In this document: piece after piece, positions 51,641 to 64,000 of the stretch
How positions within the stretch are numbered: position 1 is the first letter of the stretch
How the letters are laid out: each line of letters begins with the position of its first letter
Assembly: GCF_964194025.1 (NCBI RefSeq)
Contig: NC_134468.1
Span: 79,236,001-79,300,000, forward strand
Direction of reading: 5' to 3'
Origin: Convolutriloba macropyga
Lineage: Eukaryota
Length of the DNA: 64,000 bases
Made by a program: the position numbers and the translations under genes
The notes under the pieces: generated by a model
Told to the model about the DNA's origin: nothing
Database searches by the model: none
The model's input: the letters and a program-made list of their open reading frames with translations, nothing else

Positions 51641-51851
51641 CTGTTAAGTTGCGGTCAGCGTAATTGACTATTTGAAACACGTAAAACGTCACTCCGAAGC
51701 TAAGATGAAGCCCGAGTGTTATAACTTGAGTAATAAACACAGATATTACAACAATCCAACCCCAGCCACCCTCTGGGTAATATTTGAGCCCGCTGGACGA
51801 TCGGGTTCCGGGCAAATTTGGAACTGGAGCTGTTGTCGCTGCGTTTGCCAT
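51641..51851 (-). CDS. SLC16/MCT-family MFS transporter, coding exon 1 (N-terminus + TM1)
   Basis: ATG at 51851 gives MANAATTAP...YYPEGGWGWIVVISVFITQVITLG, the P[D/E]GGWGW motif typical of SLC16. Ends at donor ACAG|GTAAAG (phase 1). Upstream acceptor TTTTCAG at 52023. Confidence 0.92.
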
Positions 51852-52022
51852 GAGAATATTCAATACTGATCGGGATTATTCGAGAACATTGCCATATGGT
51901 TGAATATTCTAGAAGTTTCTAGAAGATGTGTCCGGGCAGTTAATGTGGCGAGTTTGTCATCGATTAGGTAGATAATGTTTTCCGTATTTTTCCATAAAAT
52001 AAATCGATTCTTGAGTAGCCGC
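51852..52022 (-). promoter_or_regulatory. 5' UTR part of the first coding exon with three uORFs
   Basis: uORFs 51957-51995 (MEKYGKHYLPNR*), 51940-51960 (MTNSPH*) and 51860-51895 (MAMFSNNPDQY*) lie between the acceptor at 52023 and the main ATG. Confidence 0.6.
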
Positions 52023-52657
52023 CTGAAAAAGAATATTATTTACACGTCTATGCAAAGAAGAAAGTACTGAACTTTATATCGAATTATAATTAATTTATAA
52101 ACTGGTAATAGCTTTTGAAAGCCGCTCAAAGGGAAATGAACTCGGACTGATTTGAGAGTATTTTATCGTCTTACCAAATCAATAAATATTAGATGGTTAG
52201 ACAGATGATTACGTCTGAAGGGGTTTCGCGAATGGCTATTTTGTCTGAATAAGAAGAAAAATTTCCCACATAGTTACTGAATTTCTATGGATTTGATAAA
52301 TTCAATCTATTTATGGTCACAAATTTTGATGCTTCAAAAATTTATTTTACTGATAAAAATCTGACCACTGGTTGGGCTTAAACTGTTACATTTTGCTCAA
52401 TGTAAAATATGATTAGGATAAAATTTACAAAAAGCGTCGTTATTGTATTGAATATTTGCCAGGATGTAATTTGAGGCTGTAGTTAGCTTGTTACTAAACA
52501 ATATGTTGTTGTTTTGTGGGGGTATGTGGAGAGCAGGCTTATTTTGAAGGTTTTTATCTGAAATTTGACGATGCATGTCTGGTAGAATGAGGAAAAAATC
52601 GACATTCTAGCATCTTGAGCCGGAGCTATAGCACAAGGGGGGTCTATGAGTGGAAAG

Positions 52658-52706
52658 AGGGTGGGGTGGGGGGGGGGGGGGGAGGGGGGAGGGGAGGGGG
52701 TAGTGG
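52658..52706 (+). repeat. G-rich tract (G-quadruplex-capable)
   Basis: More than six G-runs including a long poly-G, ~640 bp upstream of the UTR acceptor. Similar G/C tracts at 37154, 53946, 54394, 55085 and 56736. Confidence 0.7.
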
Positions 52707-54111
52707 TAGTAAAAGCCGCTCCCAAAAATGATACCTTTTGTTCAGACTGAGCTTTGAAGAGCTGCGGTTGAAATAATAAAAATAAAAATACGGATTCTGA
52801 GTTGAAAACAGTAAAAACAAACGGCCGCCCGCCTTTGGGACGGATTGTGGAAATCTTGTTTGGAAAATACTGAAAAAATTACAATTCAACTGCGATTACT
52901 ATGTGGTAAAAGGCCTAACATGTTGAGGTCTGTTACGAATAAATTAGTATAACGCAATTCAAACCCGCTCAATTGACAGAATGTTTGTTTCGCAGAAAAT
53001 TTCTACATAACGCCCTAAAAACGAAAAAAATATATTTGAGAAAAAACTTCACCTTAAGCTAGAAAAAGAAACCTTGAAAATCTTGTTTCTGATTATGGCA
53101 AAATTTATTCTGAAACCCTCGGATAAACTAATTTCCATAGGTAACAATTTTAAGCATCTTCAACAAAAATTTGCAAACTATATTACGCTGAGATTACTAG
53201 CAAACAAATTTAAATTTTTAATAAATTATCGTTATTTCCTAAGCAATAAGCATAAAATAAGTGTTATATTTCCCGTTTCGTAAAATTACGCAGTCGGAAA
53301 AATCAGCAGAGAATGAAAAAATAGTACAAAAATTTATTTGTTGCGTTGTTCAACTGAACAAAATTTTTTAACACATAGATTCTAATTTTGTTTGCTGGGG
53401 GCAAATTCGGCTAGATTTTTCAGTACCCCCTAATGGATGATTCAAAAGTGTTTGAATATACGACAAAAACACTCTTCAAGTAAGTGGGGGTAAGATTTGA
53501 ATTGCGAATTTTGAGCGATTTTCATTCTCATTGCCCCGTTTTTTGCATTGCAATATGAACCACCCACGTAGCTCATGCTTAATTAGCCGAAATGGTTCTT
53601 AAATTTACATCATCAGCTTAAAGTCTGCAAAAAATGATATGTTAATTTGAGAAAAGGACTAAAATAAACGAATAAATAAAGATATGTTGAATCAATGCTT
53701 GCCAAGATACATGATCTAAAATTACTTAATATTCAATTAATAACTTTTAATTATCAATTTAAAACTTATAACTTTTCACAAAAATTATAAATAATTTTGA
53801 TAAATCGCAAAATTGTCAATTTTTTGAATTTATTCATTGCTACACTCAATTAAATTGCAATTATCTCCGTCTCATTCTAATAAGGTTACAAAAATATCCT
53901 ATTATTGCAAGACTGCAATGCGGTTCTTCTGTTTTCATAGCATAACCCCCCCCCCCTTCGCATCAGGGGAGGGGGGATCGGTTTTTCGCTTTTGTTTCAA
54001 GATTCGCTTACTATCAAAATCGAGATTCACTTTTCATGAACAGAGTGGTTTAAAGCGACCGAGGCGGCAAAGGCAAGACTGAAAACGAAATTACAAAAGA
54101 ATTTATGGTCG

Positions 54112-57100
54112 ATACAACGGAGGTAATTTGGTTGCAGTTTATGATACCTTCGTCTATACTGAAGATGAATTCAAGTATCTATACGAATCCTAAAGTTGTC
54201 TACAATTTGAGCTGTCAAAACAGGGGAACGTCTTTACGACCCACGTTGACGATCTAAAGGGATTAAAACGCGTGAACAACAAAGAAAAATTTTTTTTTTC
54301 AGCATACAGACTTAAAATTCAGAAAATTGTAGTTTGGTGCAATCAAGCTTGATTAATAATGGCAAACAGTTAAAATTGGAAACTCCATTTATTGAGGGGG
54401 GGGGGGGGGAGGGGGGGTGAGGTGAGGTTAAAGATAAAAGTCTGAAGAAAATGTATTGCATTGCGTAATAAAAATGAAAAAGAGAAAGAGAGGCGTGTCT
54501 GGTCTGATTTGTGGTGAATTTAGAAACTGTCAATCAATTCTTAGACATGTACTCGGCGCTTTCAAGCGGTTTCTTCTTCAGCGTCAGATCCATCTACGAA
54601 AATGGATGAAGCTGCGCTGACTTGGTCCACACAAGTGAAAAAAAAATTGAAGATTTGTGAGAATACGAACTCAAATTTTTATCAGCTGAAACGATATCAT
54701 TTTCGATGTATTTGAAGCTTGTTCACATGTGCGAGTCCGGTTGAAGTGATGAAGCTTGTCGGTATGAAAAAAACTATATACACGGAGAGCCTTTCAACTA
54801 TATAGAAAAGTATACATAACAAAAATATAACGCCGGGGGTTAAGGCTGACCAAACGATTTTGAAGTTGGTATCGTAACTATAAATCAAAAATTTTTTCCT
54901 GAATTATTGCTTCATTTTTCACTTTTAATTTCAAATAAAAGTTTTTCCAAATTTTACGGATAATCTGAGAACCAAAAATTAGAGTTAAAAAACAAATAAT
55001 TTTCCTCAAATATAAATCTCAATTTAAAAGGATCTTGTTGTACAGAGTTTTGAAACTGCGCGAAAAGTACGAACAACCGAACAACCCCCCCCCCACCCCC
55101 ACCCCACCCCCCACGGGGAAAAACAAAAACGCAGAGAAATAAGATTTTTACACCGTGAGCTCTTCTAACAGAAGTTTGCGCTCAAAGAGAAACGTGAACC
55201 GCTAGTGAACAAGAGCGCAATTAGGCTTACAGAGCTTTCGAGTTAAGGTTCGGTCAGTTGAAGTGAGATGGGCAAGATAGCGGAAAGATGTTTGGTCAGA
55301 TATATTTTGTAAAGGTGTTTATGCCTTATCACATCAATGCCTCACTTCAACCANNNNNNNNNNNNNNNNNNNNNNNNNNNNNNNNNNNNNNNNNNNNNNN
55401 NNNNNNNNNNNNNNNNNNNNNNNNNNNNNNNNNNNNNNNNNNNNNNNNNNNNNNNNNNNNNNNNNNNNNNNNNNNNNNNNNNNNNNNNNNNNNNNNNNCN
55501 NNNNNNNNNNNNNNNNNNNNNNNNNNNNNNNNNNNNNNNNNNNNNNNNNNNNNNNNNNNNNNNNNNNNNNNNNNNNNNNNNNNNNNNNNNNNNNNNNNNN
55601 NNNNNNNNNNNNNNNNNNNNNNNNNNNNNNNNCAAAAACACTCATACGACTAGAAACACACACACACACCCACTGTGGAACTTATACTTCAAATCGTTGA
55701 ACTTACATGACATTGAAGCTTCGATATTGGGTGGTTAATTATTTTTGCACAGTTTAGGAGCTATACAACAGAGAAAATTTGGTTGCTGTTTATGATACTT
55801 TCGTCTATACTGAAGATGAATTCAATCAAGTGTCTAAACGAATCCTAAAGTTGTCTGCAATTTGAGCTGTCAAAACAGGGGAACGTCTTTTCGACCCACG
55901 TTGAGGATCTAAAGGGATTAAAACGCGTGAACAACAGAACAAAATGTTCTTTTTTTCAGCATAGAGACTTAAAATTCAGAAAATTGTAGTTTGATGCAAT
56001 CAAGCTTGATTAATAATGGCAAACAGATAAAATTGGAAATTCATTTATTGAGGTAGGGGGGATGAGGTTAAAGATAAAAGTCTGAAGAAAATGTATTGCA
56101 TTGCGTAATAAAAATAAAAAAGAGAAAGAGAGGCGTGTCTGGTCTGATTTGTGGTGAATTTTGAAACAGTCAATCAATCCATATACATGTACGCGGCGCT
56201 TTCAAGCGGTTTCTACTTCAGCTTCAGATCCATCTACGGAAGTGGATGAAGCTGCGATGACTTGCTCCGCACAAGTGAAAAAAAAATTGAAGACTTTTGA
56301 GACTACGAACTCAATTTTTTGTCAGCTGAAACGATATCATTTTCGATTTATTTGAAACATGTTCACAAGTGCGAGTCCGGTTGAAGTGATGAAGCTTATC
56401 GGTATGAAAAAAACTGTATACACGGAGAGCCTTTCAACTGGATAGAAAAGTATACAATACAAAAATATAACGCTGAGGGGTTAAGGCTGACCAAACGATT
56501 TTGAAGTTGGTATCGGAACTGTAAATCAAAATTATTTTCCCTGAATTATTACTTTATTTTTCACTTTTAATTTCAAATAAAAGTTTTTCCAAATTTTACG
56601 GATAATCTAAGAACCAAAAATTAGAGTTAAAAAACAAATAATTTTCCTCAAATATAAATCTCAATTTAAAAGGATCTTGTTGTCTTGTTGTTCAGAGTTT
56701 TGAAACTGCGCGAAAAGTACGAACAACCAATTAATCCCCACCCCCCACCCCACCCCCCACGGGGAAAAACAAAAACGCAGAGAAATAAGATTTTTACACC
56801 GTGAGCTCTTCTAACAGAAGTTTGCGCTCAAAGAGAAACGTGAACCGCTAGTGAACAAGAGCGCAATTAGGCTTACAGAGCTTTCGAGTTAAGGTTCGGT
56901 CAGTTGAAGTGAGATGGGCAAGATAGCGGAAAGATGTTTGGTCAGATATATTTTGTAAAGGTGTTTATGCCTTATCACATCAATGCCTCACTTCAACCAT
57001 TGCCCACACTCCATTGAAATACACACACACACAACACAAACACACACAGAGAAANNNNNNNNNNNNNNNNNNNNNNNNNNNNNNNNNNNNNNNNNNNNNN

Positions 57101-57273
57101 NNNNNNNNNNNNNNNNNNNNNNNNNNNNNNNNNNNNNNNNNNNNNNNNNNNNNNNNNNNNNNNNNNNNNNNNNNNNNNNNNNNNNNNNNNNNNNNNTTCA
57201 AATCGTTGAACTTACATGACAATCAAGCTTTGATATTGGGCAGTTAATTAATTTTTCAGAGTTTAGGAGCTAT
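54112..57273. repeat. Tandem duplication, 2 x ~1.6 kb, each with an N-gap at a (CA)n tract
   Basis: 54112-55763 versus 55764-57273 are collinear throughout. Confidence 0.93.
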
Positions 57274-60200
57274 TCATGAGCATATTGACTATGAAAACAA
57301 AAGGAACGAACTTGAGCGATGTGAGTTGGAGCGAATTGATTAATTGTTTGTTAAGTAAACAAAAGGGGGACTAGCTTTGCAAAGTAATCAAGTTGTCAGA
57401 AATAGCCAGAATGAAACTCAGAGGTCATTAAACGAAAAAACCAAACATGATTACAGCAGAAAAAAAAGAATGGAAGCTTGGGAAATGCAATGATATTTGT
57501 TTAAATGAATCCCTCCAAAACCAAAATCCAAAACTGCACCCCATAAAAGCCATTTTGGTAGGTTAAAAATGAGTATTTATTCCCTATAAGTAGCTACATG
57601 TTTGGGGTTACCGATTAGAGTTTTCAGGAAGGATATAATGACTATGTTAAAAGGAAAAAATAGTGCTTAAACAAGGGAGAAAAACAAAAGATATGCTTTG
57701 AAGGATTTGTCGGCCAAAGTTATTGAATTTTTCCCAGCAAAAGGATGTTTATTTGAAGATCACCCCTAGCAGGAAAAAAACAAAAAACCAGATAAAAGGT
57801 TTGGTCACTAACTTGATTGTGTGAAAAAGTAAAGCGTACTAAATGGTACAAATTACACTTACCACTTGTTTTTTTGCGAATGGTATTAAAAAGGAACTTT
57901 GATAACTAAAATTGACTGTTTTATTGTGTATTTCAGCGAGTGACTCGTTTCTGTGTAGAATAACTGGACAGGTTTGGTATCAAAACGCAATTAAAAAGAT
58001 CAGAAGGTCGGTTGAAAAGAAATGACTGAAGATTTGAAACTGAAAACAGAAACTGAATCGAACTTTTGTTTGTTTGTTTGTATAGTTGTAGATTTGGATG
58101 AAATGTCGTTAGGCAACCAAAAGCAACATCCAGTGGAATGATATTTTCAAAGTTAATATGAGATTAAGGGGCACATGCGGAACAAATCTGAGTAAATAAG
58201 GCAAAAAATTGTTGGTGTTCTGATATTCAAATTGTCATACAGTTGAGTGTATCAGGTGAAATTTGGGAAATTTACAGAACCTAATTGAAACCAGAGATAG
58301 GTAAAAGAAACATAACTATAGTTTTGGCAAATATACAGTGAAAACAATCAAACTCAACATAAAAAAAACGGTAATTAAAGTATTGGAGGTTCCAAAAGCG
58401 TTAAACCATAATTTTTAGTAGAAATCAAGAGTTATGAATTAACTTTGAAAATTGAGGTACATTGAATAGAGAAATCACCTGTTAGAACTCAAGCTAAGAC
58501 TCAGTTGAAGCAAACAAAATAATATAAAGGTTGTTTGAAGGAAATGCTGATAGAGAGAAACTCAAACGCTAGAAAATCAAGCGTCCATAATTTCACCACA
58601 ACCACCCCGCAAGTCCTGAGAATCCTACTTCTTCAAGTCCGATTGACCTCAAACTTTAACTGTCGACTCTTTGGAGAATTGCATATGCAATGAGCAGTAC
58701 AACGGGTTTCTTCCAGTACCTGAAACCGTTCATTTCGACTTTTAAATCCAACAAAAAAGCGGCGATAACTGATTTTTTTTGTGCTTCTATGAAAGGAACA
58801 ACACCTTTACCAGAATCAAAACATCTACCACAAACTACATTCAAACATGAAAAAAGGAGATTAGTTATCGTTCAGTTTCATGATAATATAAACGCTAAGG
58901 AAAATTCTACAAAGATAAAGGCAGAAAGATCTTAGTTTTCCCTGATTTTTTTCGTCATTGAGATTATCAGAATATAGATAAAAGTTGATTAAAACAAACA
59001 ATGCTTGATCCACAGGTAAGCAAACGTATTCTCAGGCTAAATCAGGGAAGTATCAGTAACGTGGTAAAGGATAAAAAGAGAATGCATGTACTTGTATAAG
59101 AACTGTTGAACATGAAACATAAATTTTGTTGGATCTTGAACTTATCAAAGCAAAATTCAAGTCATATTAAGCAAACATTTATATAAGATAAACTGCAGCG
59201 CGTGACCAAATTTCTACGCCCACTTTTGCAGTTATACGTTAGGTCAAAATGTTCTAAAAGGAACGACACGTGACATTTTGCTGATGAAAACTGATGAGGT
59301 TGAGTACCCTTAAGCACAAGAAAAACCATCAGACGCGAGAGAGCAAGTCTGAGAGACTTAGGCTGAAGAAAAGTGGTTTTTCAGTCAAAATTGAGAGATA
59401 GAAATCTCAAGTGGAGCAGATGGTTCTCAGAGTGAGAAAATTGTAGATGTTTAGTGAGTTCTTTGTGAAAGAAAATAGTTTGGCAGTTGCAGTGAGTGAA
59501 ACTGCAAATTATTCAAAAGTGTTTGTTGCGAAGAGTATAGCTACTGGTAGGCAGAACTTATTTTAGTTATCAGGAATAGGGAATAAAGTGACGGATTTGT
59601 GGAAACTTGCGGAAATAGTGATTGTATTAGTTAGTGTTGGCCATCAATTAGTTTTGATAGAAAAATTCCTTTTGATTGTTGAATTCACTCAACTAACTGT
59701 CTCTGGCTACAGCATTACTTGTTGCTGTTATTACATATTTTGATTATCAATTCAATTATCCAGAGTGAAGTTTTCAAGCAGCCGAGGGAGCAACATTTTT
59801 TGGGGACAACAAAGTACACCCCTTACAACAAGAGGAACTACCAAATAAATCTTTCGGAATTTTGATAGAGTTTTGGGCGCTATTCAGTCCCCAGCTAGAA
59901 GCCTTCTAACTGCAAAAATACAAAATTCTACACACACACACACATATATATACACACGAACACACTCATCTCCATTTTTCAGAAGTCTGGATTCCCCCAC
60001 TAATATCAATCTGATACCACCAATTAAATTCATCTTGTAGAACATTAGAGAGAAATAATTTGTCATAAGGTTTTGTTTGGCGTCGTGTAGGAATGATCCT
60101 CATCCGCAACCCCCTCCCGTCTCCCTTCCCTACCAGGCCAAATAACAAAGAAAACTTTTTTCCAAATACGTCTCCCCATTTCCCTTCTGCTATTTTGTGC

Positions 60201-61512
60201 ATCACTCCCTCCTTCCCCGACGCCTTGTTCCTCTTTCATATGGTTTTACCATCCCCACTTCCCAAAAAATGAATCCTTCCTGCCCTCCCACGCCCTTTTG
60301 ACACTTTGCGGTCACGCTTGGGCTTTTTTGTACCTGACAAAATTATCACGGAAGAATGCACGTGAACAAAAGTGGAATCATTTCATCATATTCTCACAAT
60401 TGTAAAAGTGGCCATTAACACAGTTTCTACCAGACATTATTCAATCTATTTTCAAAACTAAATAAGTTAAACACCTCAACTGAATCATTCCTATTAGCAT
60501 TAAATAGGCAAAAGTCGGCCAAAAGTCGCGTGACGTCAACTTTTTCATAGTACGAACATAAGAGAGTACTCTCATCATGACTTTGAGGTCATAATGGTTT
60601 CAGCAGAAACAAAATTTCTCCAATTTTTCTATTTCATTCATTGTTTTACACGAAAGCAATTATTCGACAAAAGTTAACCCAACAAAAATGAACAATTCGC
60701 TCATGGTTCTGAACCCCTTTTTAACGGAAGGCTGAAAAAAAATATTTAAATTTTAATAAATATCTATAATTTGTTTCTCCAACCCTTTATATGGAAGCCA
60801 ATAACTTTTTTATACAGTTATTAATCGAAATTTTTTGCCATTTGGCGTACTCATCAGATGACATACAAGCTGTTTAAAGTTTTTACACTTTTTTCAGAAA
60901 CATAAATTTGGCTTAACCTTTCAAAATTTAGTCAGACATTGCAATAACCTTGTAATATATATCAGTGAGAAAAAGTTATATAAGCGCCCAAAGCGAGTAT
61001 AAAATCAACTTGATTTCCGACCATTTTCAATAATTTATTATAATAGCCATGTTTCTCAAAGAACCAAATTATTTATTTTAGTTTTAAATTAAGTTTAGCC
61101 TGCTGTAGTTCTATGACAGCCAAAATTCAGATATAACGTTGTCAAAAAATAGGTTTTTGCAGTTGGACAATATGCTTAGCACATATTTTTTCTAAAAAAT
61201 ATTTTGCCGCTTTCTGGGATTTATAGTAGAGCAAAACAAAACTGCTTTTAGATATCAAAATTAGAAGAAGATGCTATTTTGTCTTGAAATTTGTCATTAA
61301 AAATAGAAAGTTTCAATAACCGTTTTTTTCCTCATTTTTTGTGTTCTTATTGAATAATAGTTATGACGATTGGATATTAGGGCGATGAGATAAAATTATA
61401 AATGAGACCTTATCAGAGTTTTCCTTTTAATTTTTTATCTATGCATTGTCTCTTTAATACCTCAGTCTAATGTTGAATAGAACTTGATGGTCGCAATTGA
61501 TAATAACATAAA

Positions 61513-62937
61513 GTTTTTCAATTGTTTTCCAATTAAAAAATTAGAAAAGCAATCAAATTGTACACTAAGAAAAACTTTCATTTAAACGCTACAAAAATAT
61601 TATAGCTGTGAAGCAATGATCATAACTTTTTTTCTCATTTGAATTTTACAACTCTGACCTAAAACCACTTGATTAAGTTGGGATGCGCAGAAAGAATTCA
61701 AAAACTGCTAATTTTTCAATTATCAAAAATTTGATTCTTCTTTAAACCCGTTGATTGCGATGAAATGCGTTGATTGCGATGAATGCGATGAAAAAAAATT
61801 CAACTCATTTCACTGCATTTCTTACAAAATTTCATCGCGAAATTCACTGCATTTCTTACAAAAATTCACCGCATTTGCTATCCAACATTTACCCAATCTG
61901 ATTTAAATTCACAAGCAATATTTACAAAGTAAGTGACAGTTGGAGTAGTGGAATAAGCAGTAGAAGGCATGCAGGAGGGCATAGGTTCAAACCCGTGTAG
62001 GGAGATACTTTTTTACTGAGAATGCGGTGAAAATAAATAATTCACAGCAATTCATTGCATTCACCGCAAAAAGATGTAAGAAATAAGCGGTGAAAATTAT
62101 TTTTTTAACCGCATTTCACCGCATATCTTACGAAAATTCACCACCGAACCTCGACCCAGGAAAAAATTCTCTTTCCTCAAATAAAAACCCTTTTTTCAAA
62201 CGTGTAATCTTCTTCATTACATTGTTTTTCAATTGTTTTCCAATTAAAAAATTAGAAAAGCAATCAAATTGTACACTAAGAAAAACTTTCATTTCAACGC
62301 TACAAAAATATTATAGCTGTGAAGCAATGATCATAACTTTTTTTCTCATTTGAATTTTACAACTCTGACCCAAAACCACTTGATTAAGTTGGGATGCGCA
62401 GAAAGAATTCAAAAACTGCTAATTTTTCAATTATCAAAAATTTGATTCTTCTTTAAACCCGTTGATTGCGATGAAATGCGTTGATTGCGATGAATGCGAT
62501 GAAAAAAAATTCAACTCATTTCACTGCATTTCTTACAAAATTTCATCGCGAAATTCACCGCATTTCTTACAAAAATTCACCGCATTTGCTATCCAACATT
62601 TACCCAATCTGATTTAAATTCACAAGCAATATTTACAAAGTAAGTGACAGTTGGAGTAGTGGAATAAGCAGTAGAAGGCATGCAGGAGGGCATAGGTTCG
62701 AACCCGTGTAGGGAGATACTTTTTTGTAAGAATACTGAGAATGCGGTGAAAATAAATAATTCACAGCAATTCATTGCATTCACCGCAAAAAGATGTAAGA
62801 AATAAGCGGTGAAAATTATTTTTTTAACCGCATTTCACCGCATATCTTACGAAAATTCACCACCGAACCTCGACCCAGGAAAAAATTCTCTTTCCTCAAA
62901 TAAAAACCCTTTTTTCAAACGTGTAATCTTCTTCATT
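61513..62937. repeat. Tandem duplication, 2 x ~711 bp, near identical, containing a CACCGCATT/AATGCGGTG-repeat element with a tRNA-like core
   Basis: Units begin GTTTTTCAATTGTTTTCC at 61513 and 62224. Confidence 0.96.
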
Positions 62938-62939
62938 CC

Positions 62940-63420
62940 ATAGTTGGCAGACACTGTATATATGAGGACCTTGGAACAACAAAACATAGGTATTGATTTG
63001 CCCAGATTTGACCTTGAGAATTTCTTTACTAGACATGGCCATTAAATTTAAGCAGCTTTCAGTAACATAAAAAGACATCAATTTTGAGTCCTGGCAAAGG
63101 GCAAAGAGTAGGAAAACGTTCAATAACCCCACAAATGGTATAAACAGATTATCCCAATTGAAATGTATGCCAAGCAATCGACTCTAACCTGTCTATAATT
63201 TTCAAATCACTGTATTTCCATAAGCTATTACCAAAAAATTAAGCGACTAAATATAGAATGAACACATGCGCCTTCAATCGGGTATACATTGAAAGGTATT
63301 TAATTCTCCCCTGTGTCCCCATTTGCCTGTTTGCCTTGTGCAAATGAGGTATAAAATTGGGATTACCTTATTTATCATACCCTGTCATTAATTTCCTCCT
63401 ACTGCAAATAACACAATTGA
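62940..63420 (-). pseudogene. Possible very old LINE RT C-terminal fragment
   Basis: RLLGIHFNWDNLF...YVLLFQGPHIYSVCQLWN loosely resembles K.LGV.FD..L.F...LY....RPH.EY...VW. Confidence 0.25.
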
Positions 63421-64000
63421 AATATACTGACCTACAGTGCCCCCTTCAGCAGAGATTAACAGTGGAAGAAAAATTATTGAATAGGGGAACTATTATACAG
63501 TGTGCCATTTAATGTGTTTTTATATCAGTTTATTTTTTTACACCGTAGTGCGAAAGACACAAGGGACAAAGTCGCAAGTACAAAATTATAATATAAAGAA
63601 GCACTATTATGTCAGAAATCTAACGCAAAGATGTCGTGCAGATATCAAAAATTGTGTCTCTAAGTAAATTTCTTTTACCCAAATGGTCCAGGAAAAGATT
63701 ATTTTTGACTACTTCTCAGTTTTGAAGTTCATAAAATCTAGTTTGGCTAACAAACCAACTCTGCAGCACATTTTGTATGGAAATTATTTAGTTAATTGAT
63801 GCAAATTTTATCAGAACGTTCAGGAAGAATTCGACACTATTGTCTCTGGTATCTAGGTTTCACTGTTATGAACACAAACATAAAGCGAGATGGATGATTT
63901 TGAAAGAACTTCAAGAAACGTAGAAGTTATTCTTTGTAACTTTTCAGAAAGCAAAAGCAGAACTCACAAGACGAACTCTTTTGATATATCAAAAAATAAG

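Noticed and set aside
57280-59800. Purine-skewed region possibly a decayed element or ORF
   Set aside because: No recognisable motif or sustained frame; needs a BLASTX search.

Overview
AT-rich, repeat-dense eukaryotic DNA with GT-AG introns, most likely an invertebrate animal; it has three N-gaps. (1) A minus-strand SLC16/monocarboxylate-porter-family MFS transporter gene can be spliced by hand into phase-consistent exons (51641-51851, 48003-48366, 45417-45666, 37405-37536, 36574-36713, 29824-29939, 28470-28828). A good phase-0 donor at 28469 matches the phase-0 acceptor of two otherwise orphan exons (7042-7363, 2792-3591). That join would give an 897-aa protein: a 12-TM transporter lacking the canonical TM8 Arg, plus a ~460-aa disordered tail with Tyr, SH3- and PDZ-ligand-like motifs. 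(2) On the plus strand, inside that putative 21-kb intron, lies a 4-exon MACPF gene resembling the apple-snail perivitellin-2 67-kDa toxin subunit, with a degenerate MACPF signature and a GG (non-GT) donor. (3) The rest is a near full-length decayed CR1/L2-group LINE, three long copies of a Helentron-associated (HINE/DINE-1-like) element, several MITE families, tRNA-derived fragments, and four 0.7-1.9 kb tandem duplications, one of which breaks inside a coding exon. All calls come from manual reading and translation; no database searches were run.
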